From the NCBI GenBank assembly GCA_030043315.1, contig JASHYA010000322.1:1-56602 (forward strand): a DNA stretch of 56,602 nt. The letters run 5' to 3'. The notes beneath the pieces were generated by a model, which saw only the letters and a program-made list of their open reading frames with translations, had not been told where the DNA came from and ran no database searches. The DNA comes from Acidimicrobiales bacterium (GTDB taxonomy: Bacteria > Actinomycetota > Acidimicrobiia > Acidimicrobiales > RAAP-2). Shown here in pieces: positions 44,403 through 52,464 of this stretch; position 1 is the first letter of the stretch; each line of letters opens with the position of its first letter. Both the position numbers and the translations under genes were made by a program.

Positions 44403-46607
44403 CTACGCTCCCATCGGCTGCAGGTCCGAGCTGGCGAGCACGGCATCGTAGACCTTGTTGTCGACCAGTCCCCACAAGCGGCGCTCGCGGATGAACGGCA
44501 GCGGGAGCGCCGGGTTCGGGCTGTCGATTTCGCGGGCGAGGCGGTGGCCGTCGAAGATGCAGTCGACCATCATCCGAGGGGCGCTCGCGTCCCCGATGAT
44601 GTAAACGGCCTCTACCTCGTTCGCTTCGAGGGCAGCCGGGTCGTCCTTCAGTTCCCGGAAGAGGGCATCGTCCGAAACGCGCGCCGTGCACAAGACGAGG
44701 GTATCGACCTCGAAGCGCTCCTTGGCCGTCGGGTCCCAGACGTTGTAGGCGTGCACGACTCCGGGTTCGACTCGCTCGATCATCGTCTCGGGGTGGAGGT
44801 GGACATGCAGGCGATGGAGCTCGCGGTGCATCATCGGGGCCTCGAGCGTGTACTCCATGTACTTGGCGATGTCGCCGCGGTGGGTGAGGAGGTAGACCTC
44901 GTGCCCCTCGCCAGCGAGCTTCTGGGCGAGGGTTACGCCCATGAAGTAGGCCTCGTTATCGAGGACGAGCACGCGTCGGCCGATCGGCTTTCGATCGAGG
45001 GCCACATCCTCGGGAGTGAGCTGCCACTCCTGGCCCACGGCGTCGACGCCAGGGATCGTGTCGTGCGTCGCGGAGTTGAGACCGTCCGTCGCCCAGTAGC
45101 AGCCGGTGGCGACGACGATGATCTCGGCTCCGTACTCGCGCGCCTGGGCGGCATCGAGCCGGCTGTTCGTGTGCACCTCAACGTTGCGCAGCTTGTCGAG
45201 CTGGATCTGCCGGTAGTTGACGACCCGCTTCCAGTCTCCTAGACCACGCGCAGTTCCGCGGAAGATGTTCGGGTGCCCATCGGAAAACCCAAGGGTGGAG
45301 ACCCAGTTGACGTTGCCGCCGATGTCGGGTAGCGCCTCGATCAGGTGGACTGCCGACATCTCACGCTTTCCGAGGATCTGTGCGCACTCCATCCCTGCGG
45401 GACCCGCACCAACGACGAGGACGCTCTTGTCGGCATTCTTCGCCCGATGGAAACGCTCGGGGTGCCATCCGCGGCGGTACTCCTCGCCAGCGGTGGCGTT
45501 CTGCGTGCACACCATCGGCGGACCACCTATCTCCCATCGCGAGATGCACTGGTTGCAGCCGATGCATTCGCGGATGTCGTCGAGACGACCCTCCTCGATC
45601 TTCTTCGGGAGGAAGGGATCAGAAATGGAAGGACGAGCGGCTCCGATCAGGTCGAATTGACCGGAGTTGATGATCGCAATCATCGTGTCGGGGCTCGTGA
45701 CCCGGCCGACACCGACCACGGGCTTATTCGTGTGGTTACCCGGCTTTATGACGCCGGAGTACGGCTTCTCATGGTTCTCCTCGAAGAAACGGCTCGGGCC
45801 GGCGTTCTGTCCCCACTCTGCGATGTCGCCAACGGTGAAGTCCCACAGATCGACAAGGTCGTCGCAGTACTCGACGAATCGGATGCCATCCTTCTCGAGC
45901 TCGACTCCCGCAGGGCCATAGAGCGAGTCGACGGCGAACCGGGAGGCGATGGCGCAGTCGTCGCCGACAGCCTCGCGCACCTTCTCGAGGCTCTCCCGCC
46001 AGAACCGCGCCCGGTTCTCGAACGAACCGCCGTACTCGTCGGTCCTCTTGTTCGACCACGGGGAGAGGAACTGCAGAGGTAGGTAGCTGTGCGCCCCGTA
46101 TACGTAGATGATGTCGAAGCCGGCTTCGCGGGCGCGGATGGCGGCGTCGACGTAGTACTGCTGCAGGAGCTTGATGTCGTCCTTGTCGGCGTACCGGGGA
46201 TAGATGTTCGCCTCGAACTCCGAGGCGATCTGAGATGGGCCGCGCGGCGTGTCACGCGACTCGTGGCAAGGGGCATGGGGCCCGCCGTACCAGAGCTCGA
46301 TCCCAGCGAGGGCACCGAACTGATGGAGACGTTGACACATCACCGAGAGGTTCTGGATGTCTCCGTCGTCCCAGATGCGGGCGGAGACGCGCATCGTGTC
46401 GTCGGACTCGGGGCTGATCGAGCAGTACTCGGTGCAGCAGGCAGCCCAGCCGCCCTCTGCCTTTATGCCGCGGTGGTACGCCTGCATCCCGGGCTTCTCC
46501 GAACCCGCTCCGATGCAGTGAGGAACCTGGTAGAAGCGGTTCCTCAGCGTCTTCGGTCCGATCTTGACCGGTTCGAACAGCACGTCGTACTTCGCGTCCC
46601 TGGCCAT
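44403..46607 (-). CDS. tmd: trimethylamine dehydrogenase (FMN / 4Fe-4S / ADP-binding, TMADH family)
   Basis: Nearly colinear with my recollection of Methylophilus TMADH: ARDAKYDVLFEPVKIGPKTLRNRFYQVPHCIGAG (Cys30 for 6-S-cysteinyl FMN) and CIGCNQCISRWEIGGPPMVCTQNATAGEEYRRGWHPE. Y60/S74/W105 equivalents are present. The ATG at 46607 has a GGGGGGAG SD. Confidence 0.9.
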   Translation of the reverse strand: MARDAKYDVLFEPVKIGPKTLRNRFYQVPHCIGAGSEKPGMQAYHRGIKAEGGWAACCTEYCSISPESDDTMRVSARIWDDGDIQNLSVMCQRLHQFGALAGIELWYGGPHAPCHESRDTPRGPSQIASEFEANIYPRYADKDDIKLLQQYYVDAAIRAREAGFDIIYVYGAHSYLPLQFLSPWSNKRTDEYGGSFENRARFWRESLEKVREAVGDDCAIASRFAVDSLYGPAGVELEKDGIRFVEYCDDLVDLWDFTVGDIAEWGQNAGPSRFFEENHEKPYSGVIKPGNHTNKPVVGVGRVTSPDTMIAIINSGQFDLIGAARPSISDPFLPKKIEEGRLDDIRECIGCNQCISRWEIGGPPMVCTQNATAGEEYRRGWHPERFHRAKNADKSVLVVGAGPAGMECAQILGKREMSAVHLIEALPDIGGNVNWVSTLGFSDGHPNIFRGTARGLGDWKRVVNYRQIQLDKLRNVEVHTNSRLDAAQAREYGAEIIVVATGCYWATDGLNSATHDTIPGVDAVGQEWQLTPEDVALDRKPIGRRVLVLDNEAYFMGVTLAQKLAGEGHEVYLLTHRGDIAKYMEYTLEAPMMHRELHRLHVHLHPETMIERVEPGVVHAYNVWDPTAKERFEVDTLVLCTARVSDDALFRELKDDPAALEANEVEAVYIIGDASAPRMMVDCIFDGHRLAREIDSPNPALPLPFIRERRLWGLVDNKVYDAVLASSDLQPMGA

Positions 46608-46623
46608 GAGGCTCCCCCCCGAC

Positions 46624-46768
46624 CTTCTCGTGAGCTGACCGTGTTCGCTCGCAGTGAACGATGTTGACTGTAGGTGACCGCCACCACCGTCGCAACAGGT
46701 CGAACGGACAAGGCCCGGGCGCGATCGGGCGCTCACCCCCCGGGCGGTCGAGCTTCTCGTGAGCTCGA
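46624..46768. repeat. 13-bp direct repeat CTTCTCGTGAGCT (46624, 46753); the second copy lies within a 21-bp inverted repeat
   Basis: Both copies lie in the 303-bp region upstream of tmd. TCGAGCT-tctcgtg-AGCTCGA spans 46748..46768. Confidence 0.5.
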
Positions 46769-46910
46769 GCAGGATCACAGAAGTCGTTCGTCGACGGCCG
46801 GTCCGATCTCGCCCTTGCGACTCCGACACCCGCCACTCTCCTTGGCCGAGGCTCCAACTCGCAGGCGCCTGGAAAAGACCTGCGCGCTGGATGCCGTCGG
46901 TCGCGCGGAC

Positions 46911-47270
46911 TCAGGCTGGCCCGAGACGCAGAGTGGTTGCCGCCACTGCGTCGGTCAGCATGTCGGGCGTCTCGGGCTCTCCTGCGTACTTCTTCGAGTA
47001 GGCATCGCTCACCTCGCGAATCAGGCCTGGCTCGCTCACTCGCTCCGCCTCGACGAGAACGTCGCTTCCAGCGATTTCGAGCACGAAGCGGCCAGCGCTG
47101 AGCACGCTCTGGTACCAGCGACCCCTTGCAGCCTTGTACGAGCGGACATATGCGTCGCCGGAAACGTTCACGATCCAAATGGGCGTACGCACACCGAGAA
47201 CGCTTCCGGGCACGACGACCCGTACTTCCTTCTCGCTGCGCGCGGCAGCTGCGAATTCGGACGCGTCCAC
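46911..47270 (-). CDS. DUF2255-family protein
   Basis: IWIVNVSGDAYVRSY...GRWY, DAYSKKYAG, ATTLRLGPA. The GTG at 47270 follows a duplicated SD. ORF 46911..47336 is over-extended. Confidence 0.6.
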   Translation of the reverse strand: MDASEFAAAARSEKEVRVVVPGSVLGVRTPIWIVNVSGDAYVRSYKAARGRWYQSVLSAGRFVLEIAGSDVLVEAERVSEPGLIREVSDAYSKKYAGEPETPDMLTDAVAATTLRLGPA

Positions 47271-47290
47271 TTGATCCTCCTTGATCCTCC
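47271..47290. repeat. 10-bp tandem duplication carrying the Shine-Dalgarno sequence
   Basis: ttgatcctcc occurs twice in tandem. On the coding strand this reads GGAGGATCAA-GGAGGATCAA-GTG. Confidence 0.9.
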
Positions 47291-47476
47291 TTGTCCGTCG
47301 AGCACCCTTCTGGGTGAGCAAGTCGCCGTGAGGCACTGACAGACGCCGAATGAGTGAGGCTGCTTGTTCAGCGGTCCGTCATGGTAGGCCCCACGAACCC
47401 GGGACGCTTCGAAGAGGGGCGATGCCGCCCGGCCATTGGACGGGGAACGATGGTTTCGGCAACACCAGGAACTGGC

Positions 47477-47917
47477 TCACGACGATGAAGGTGAACTGGC
47501 CCCTGACCACCATCGCCAGCGCCGAACCTGGACGCGCACGACCGGCCCCTCGGGGGGCTGCAGTCGGTAGGGCTCGTAGCGCTCGGCCAGCAGGAGAACG
47601 GCTCGCTCGGCCTCGGGTCCCTCGGCGGTCGCCGATGCGACGCCGTCGGCTCTGACCCACCACAGAGCCTCCCAGTCGTCGTCGTAGTGATCGACGAGGA
47701 GGCTCACGCGCGGCTCCGCGGAGATGTTGTCGAGACGCGCCAAGGCACGGGTGCGCTTGGGCTTGTCGTCGACCGCCCACCACACCGTGTCCCCGTCGAG
47801 GACGAACGTCACCGGCACGAGGTGGGGCGCGCCCTGCGGCGTGACCGTCGCAAGCCTCGCGACCCTCGCCGCGGCGAACCTCCGGCGCGCCTCGGATTCA
47901 CCGTCCGGCCAGCCCAC
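47477..47917 (-). CDS. PPOX-class (pyridoxamine 5'-phosphate oxidase fold) probable F420-dependent enzyme
   Basis: ARVARLATVTPQGAPHLVPVTF, WWAVDDKPK, LLVDHYDDDW..LWWVRADG. Confidence 0.7.
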   Translation of the reverse strand: MGWPDGESEARRRFAAARVARLATVTPQGAPHLVPVTFVLDGDTVWWAVDDKPKRTRALARLDNISAEPRVSLLVDHYDDDWEALWWVRADGVASATAEGPEAERAVLLLAERYEPYRLQPPEGPVVRVQVRRWRWWSGASSPSSS

Positions 47918-47924
47918 GGCCGGC

Positions 47925-48770
47925 TCAGGAGGCGAAGCGCTCGAGGAGCCCGACGTCGCGGTCGAGAGTCGGCAGCAGCTCGTCTCGCGACACGGGTCGC
48001 AGCGGCAGCACGGCCCGCGTCACGCCGCACTCGACGAGCGCCTCGAGCGTGGCGGGATCCCTCGACGCGGCGAACAACGTCACCGGCACCGGCCCTCGAC
48101 CCGCGTCGCGCGCTCGCGCCTGGAGCTGCGCGACCTGACGGGCAACCTCCTTCGGGTCGGGCATCCGGATCGGCATCCACTCGTCGCCGACGGCGAGGAC
48201 GCGGTCGAACACGTTCGGCCCGCTCCCGCCGACGAGGACGGGCGGATGCGGCCGCTGCACCGGCTTCGGCCAGCTCCACATGGGACCGAAGTCGACGAAC
48301 TTGCCGTGGTACGAGGCCTCGTCCTGCGTCCAGATCGCCTTCATGGCCTCGACGCGCTCGGAGAGGAGCGCCATGCGCGTCCGCGGATCGGTGCCGTGGT
48401 CCGCCATCTCCTCGCGGTTCCAGCCGGCGCCGATCCCGAAGAGGAACCGGCCGCCGCTCAGGCGGTCGAGGCTTGCGACCTCCTTCGCCGTCGTGATCGG
48501 GTCGCGCTGGACGACGAGGCAGACCCCGGTGCCGATGCGCAACCGCTCGGTCACCGCGGCGACCTGGCTCAGCGCCACGAACGGGTCGTGGGTGTGCTTG
48601 TACTCCTCGGGGAGGTCGGCGCCGCCGGGCCATGGGCTGAGCCGGCTGACGGGGATGTGCGAGTGCTCGGGGAAGAAGAGTGACTCGTAGCCACGCGCCT
48701 CCGCCTCCCGGCCGAGGTCGGCCGGCGCGATCGCGTCGTCCGTCGGGAACATCGTGACCCCGAATTTCAC
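47925..48770 (-). CDS. LLM-class F420-dependent oxidoreductase
   Basis: MKFGVTMFPTD..., ESLFFPEHSHIP, GRFLFGIGAGWNREE. Typical luciferase-like monooxygenase, F420 subgroup. Confidence 0.8.
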   Translation of the reverse strand: MKFGVTMFPTDDAIAPADLGREAEARGYESLFFPEHSHIPVSRLSPWPGGADLPEEYKHTHDPFVALSQVAAVTERLRIGTGVCLVVQRDPITTAKEVASLDRLSGGRFLFGIGAGWNREEMADHGTDPRTRMALLSERVEAMKAIWTQDEASYHGKFVDFGPMWSWPKPVQRPHPPVLVGGSGPNVFDRVLAVGDEWMPIRMPDPKEVARQVAQLQARARDAGRGPVPVTLFAASRDPATLEALVECGVTRAVLPLRPVSRDELLPTLDRDVGLLERFAS

Positions 48771-48901
48771 AATCGTGCGCCCCCCGGTCGACTGCTCCGA
48801 GCAGGAAGGGGACCGATGGCCACGGCGGCAATCTACGCCCGAATCCGCACGGTGGTCGGTGAACGCGGCCTCAAGCCGTCGCGTGGCTGCGAAGCAGGGT
48901 C

Positions 48902-49651
48902 CTATCGGGACGGTCGAGGGTTCGGGTCGCCACGCGGTGCTCGCGGCGCAGGAGACGTGAGCCTGCGTTCGATTTCGCCTCGGCAGATGTCCAGGAGCTC
49001 CTCCCGGCTCAACCCATCTCCCCCGCCCATCTGCCGAATGGACAGGCCGTCGATGAGGGCAGAAAGGGAGAGGACGAACCGCTCGGCGTCGACGTCCGTG
49101 AACTCACCGGACGCCTGGCCCTCCCTCACCACGGCAGCCAGAAGCGAGAGCCAGCGATCCTCGATCCGGCGCTGGAACTCCGCGACGGCGGGATCGTGGG
49201 GAGCCCGCGCCCACGTCTCCAACCAGAGGATCCATGCGGGATCGACCCCCGGCGACGGGACCGAGAGTTCGACCAGACGCCACAACCGCTCCCGGGGGGA
49301 GGACACCTTCTCGAGCGAGTGCGCGGCCTCCACCATGAAGCGATCCTCACTCCATTTCAACGCTTGCATCAAGAGGTCCGCTTTCGTCGGGAAGTAGTAC
49401 ATGACGTGACCTGCACTCATGCCCGCCCGCTCACCGATGTCCACCATGCGGGTCTCGTCGAGGCCTCTTTCCGCGATGACTGCGAGGGCGGCCTCGAGCA
49501 CGCTCACACGGCGCCGCGAGCGGTTCCTCTCCCGTTCAGGGCTCGTCGGCGTGCGCGAAGCGGTCGCTCCGGCAGTCGTCAGTTCCGCTCTATGGCGCGA
49601 GCGGTCAGATCGTGCGGTGGACAACGCGACCTCCGACGACGGTGATGTCAA
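48902..49651 (-). CDS. TetR-family transcriptional regulator
   Basis: HTH reads LEAALAVIAERGLDETRMVDIGERAGMSAGHVMYYFPTKADLL. The start is uncertain: the TTG at 49651 overlaps the amidohydrolase end by 47 nt, and a later TTG is possible. Confidence 0.75.
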   Translation of the reverse strand: MTSPSSEVALSTARSDRSRHRAELTTAGATASRTPTSPERERNRSRRRVSVLEAALAVIAERGLDETRMVDIGERAGMSAGHVMYYFPTKADLLMQALKWSEDRFMVEAAHSLEKVSSPRERLWRLVELSVPSPGVDPAWILWLETWARAPHDPAVAEFQRRIEDRWLSLLAAVVREGQASGEFTDVDAERFVLSLSALIDGLSIRQMGGGDGLSREELLDICRGEIERRLTSPAPRAPRGDPNPRPSR

Positions 49652-51233
49652 CCGGTAGGTCCCTGATCTCGTCGGCCGGACAATCGAAGAGGGGGCCCCC
49701 GACGACGACGAGATCCGCGAGCTTGCCGACTTCGATCGAACCGAGCCGATGTTCGGCGTTCAGGGCGACAGCAGCCTCGATGGTGTGGAAACGAACGGCC
49801 TCGGAAACCGTCAGCGCCTCGGCAGGTCCGATCGGAGCGCCAGACAGCGTCTCCCGCTGAACGGCTTCGGCGATCGTATCCAGCGGGCGGTAGGACGCCA
49901 CGTCCGAATCACTGCTCAGCACGACCCGGACACCGTGGTCGAGCGCAGCACGAAGGGGCTGCAACCGGTGCGCGCGTTCGGATAGGCGCTGGAGGAAGTC
50001 GTCACCGCTGTCGCGCAGGTAGCTGGGCTGGACGACCATGATCACTCCTAGCCCACTCATCTGGCGGAGCTGTCCGTCGGTCGGGAACCCGGCGTGCTCG
50101 ATACGGAACCGCGGATCGTCGACCGGACGCAGCTTCCGCGCGCGCTCGAAGGCATCGAGAACGATCCCGATCGCCCGATCGCCCTGCGCGTGCACCCCGA
50201 TCTGCCACCCGTCGTTGTGCGCCCGTTCGATCGCGGCGGAGAGCTCATCAGGCTCCCAGAAGAGGAGTCCCGAGAACTCGCCGTGTGAGCCGTAGGGAGT
50301 GCTGAAGGCTGCGGTGCCGCCGATCAGGCTTCCGTCGCAGTAGAACTTCATCGGGCCGATCGACAGCCACTCGTCCCCGAATGGCCCCGCCAACCCGAGT
50401 GCCTCGTACTCGGGGAGCTGGCTGGACAGAGGCATGCACACGGTTCGTACGGGGAGGCGGTCGTCGCGTCTGGCGTCGCGGTAGGCGTGCAGCTCACGGC
50501 TCGTCACCTGCGCGTCGCAGACAGTGGTCAAGCCGGCCCGGAGGAACGCAGTCCCCGCGATCTCAATCGCCGCAGCCAGCTCTGCGGGATCTGCCACGAC
50601 GTGGAAGTTCGGGCCGTGGTGACCGATCTCGACCGCCGTGGGCTGCACCAGACCCATGGCAGCATCACGGAACACCCCGGTGAGCCGTCCATCTGGGCTC
50701 CGGTCGAGCGCGCCGCCAGGTGGGTCTCGAGTCTCCTCCCCCACCCCGGCTCTCTCCATCGCAACACTGCTCGCGAGGACGCTATGACCCGACACGTGCC
50801 CGACGAGAACGGGACTGCGCGGAGCCACGGCGTCGAGATCCCAGCGGGTGGGTGGCCGCTCGTACTTCGCATCGTCGTATCCGTGGGCCCGGACTTGGTT
50901 GCCCGGCCCCTTGGCGGCCGCCTCCCCCGCGACCGCACCGGCGAGCTCGGCTACGGTGCGCACCTTCGGAAAACGGACGTCCAGGCTCGTCATGGACTCA
51001 CCGGTCGCGAGAAAGTGGTTGTGCGCGTCGATGAACCCTGGGACCACAGGCCGTCCGCCGACGTCGATCACCTCGGCCTCGGATCGCGTCCCCGACACCT
51101 CGTCGTTCGTTCCGATCGCCGAGATCACGTTGCCACTCACGGCAACGGCTTGCGCCCACGGCTCCCTCGGGTTCGCGGTGAAGACGGCTGCGTTGACGAT
51201 CACGAGCGTGCGCGGGGACGGGTCCACCGTCAC
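49605..51233 (-). CDS. metal-dependent amidohydrolase (amidohydrolase 3 / YtcJ-like family)
   Basis: GGRPVVPGFIDAHNHF (HxH), HAQGDRA, RIEHAG, SSDSDV. 542 aa. Confidence 0.8.
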   Translation of the reverse strand: MTVDPSPRTLVIVNAAVFTANPREPWAQAVAVSGNVISAIGTNDEVSGTRSEAEVIDVGGRPVVPGFIDAHNHFLATGESMTSLDVRFPKVRTVAELAGAVAGEAAAKGPGNQVRAHGYDDAKYERPPTRWDLDAVAPRSPVLVGHVSGHSVLASSVAMERAGVGEETRDPPGGALDRSPDGRLTGVFRDAAMGLVQPTAVEIGHHGPNFHVVADPAELAAAIEIAGTAFLRAGLTTVCDAQVTSRELHAYRDARRDDRLPVRTVCMPLSSQLPEYEALGLAGPFGDEWLSIGPMKFYCDGSLIGGTAAFSTPYGSHGEFSGLLFWEPDELSAAIERAHNDGWQIGVHAQGDRAIGIVLDAFERARKLRPVDDPRFRIEHAGFPTDGQLRQMSGLGVIMVVQPSYLRDSGDDFLQRLSERAHRLQPLRAALDHGVRVVLSSDSDVASYRPLDTIAEAVQRETLSGAPIGPAEALTVSEAVRFHTIEAAVALNAEHRLGSIEVGKLADLVVVGGPLFDCPADEIRDLPVDITVVGGRVVHRTI

Positions 51234-51360
51234 CCGACCCGGGATCGATGCGTGAGGGGCGCGAACGGGATCGCCATCGGCGTCACCCGAGACGCGGAGA
51301 CTCGACGGTTTGCTCGTTGGGCTCCTCCGCGAGCAGGGTCGTTCTCCGGCGCACTAGTTT

Positions 51361-51366
51361 TAGAAT
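51361..51366 (+). promoter_or_regulatory. candidate -10 hexamer TAGAAT for a short-leader or leaderless aguA transcript
   Basis: An AT-rich patch (tagttttagaatag) stands out in otherwise GC-rich DNA. The hexamer ends 12 nt before the ATG at 51379, and there is no SD in between. Confidence 0.3.
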
Positions 51367-51378
51367 AGCGTTCGAGAC

Positions 51379-52413
51379 ATGGCGCCCGGCGACACGCCAC
51401 GTCACGACGGCTTTCGGATGCCGCCCGAGTGGCACCCCCACCAGTGCTGCTTCATGGCCTGGCCGACCCGACGGCGTCTGTGGGGCGAGCTCTTCGAGCA
51501 GGCGAAGGCGGACTATGCGAGCGTCGCACGGACGATCGCTACGTTCGAGCCGGTCGTGATGATCTGCCGTCCCGGCGACGCTCGGGACGTCAGCAACCGC
51601 TGCGGACGCGACGTCTCCTGCGTCGAGATCCAGATCGACGACTCCTGGACCCGGGACTGCGGACCGATCTTCGTGATGAACGCCGGAGGCGAGGTGGCGG
51701 TCGTTGACTTCGGCTTCAACGCCTGGGGCGGCAAGTACCACCCCTACGAACGCGACGCCGGCCTCACCCGGGCCCTCTCGGACCTGCTCGCCGTCAGGAG
51801 GTACGAAGCTCCGTTCGTGCTCGAAGGAGGAGCCTTCTTCGTGGATGGGGAAGGGACGCTCGTGACGACCGAAGGGCCAATTCTCGATCCTCAGCGGAAC
51901 CCCGGCGCGACGAGGGAGCAGTTCGAGGGGGTCGCCCGCGACTATCTGGGGGTCGATCGCGTCGTCTGGCTCGTTGCGGCGCCGGACCGAGACACCGATG
52001 GGCACGTCGATGGCGTCGCCCAGTACATCCGGCCGGGGGCGATCCTCCTCCTCACCCCAAAAGATCCCGGTCACCCCAACTTCGAATCCGCTCAGGAGAA
52101 CCGGGCGAGGTTGGCAGCGGCTCGCGACGCGCGAGCCCGGGCATTCGAGGTGTGCTCCTTCCAGGTGGTGGGCCGCGGATCGGTCGGCGCTCATGACGTC
52201 GAGGTCCCCTACCTGAACTGCTACCTGGCCAACGGCGCGGTCGTCGCACCGGTGGCTGGCGGCCCATCGGATGGACCGGCACTCGAGCGTTTGAAAGAGG
52301 CGTTCCCCGATCGCGAGGTCGTTGGCGTCCCTGGTACGACGCTCTCCTACGGTGGCGGCGGTCCCCACTGCATCACCCAGCAGATGCCCGTCGGCATGCT
52401 CGCGAGGCCATAG
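51379..52413 (+). CDS. aguA: agmatine deiminase (porphyromonas-type peptidyl-arginine deiminase family)
   Basis: FRMPPEWHPH, DDSWTRDCGP, FNAWGGKY, DTDGHVD, GGGGPHCITQQ (catalytic Cys). Confidence 0.85.
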   Translation: MAPGDTPRHDGFRMPPEWHPHQCCFMAWPTRRRLWGELFEQAKADYASVARTIATFEPVVMICRPGDARDVSNRCGRDVSCVEIQIDDSWTRDCGPIFVMNAGGEVAVVDFGFNAWGGKYHPYERDAGLTRALSDLLAVRRYEAPFVLEGGAFFVDGEGTLVTTEGPILDPQRNPGATREQFEGVARDYLGVDRVVWLVAAPDRDTDGHVDGVAQYIRPGAILLLTPKDPGHPNFESAQENRARLAAARDARARAFEVCSFQVVGRGSVGAHDVEVPYLNCYLANGAVVAPVAGGPSDGPALERLKEAFPDREVVGVPGTTLSYGGGGPHCITQQMPVGMLARP

Positions 52414-52436
52414 CAAGATCGGCCTGCCTCGCGCCC

Positions 52437-52464
52437 GCTCACAAGAAGTCGCTCACAAGAAGTA
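52437..52464. repeat. 14-bp tandem duplication spanning the ureC stop codon
   Basis: gctcacaagaagtc followed by gctcacaagaagta. The second copy encodes the terminal ..YFL-stop. Confidence 0.85.
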
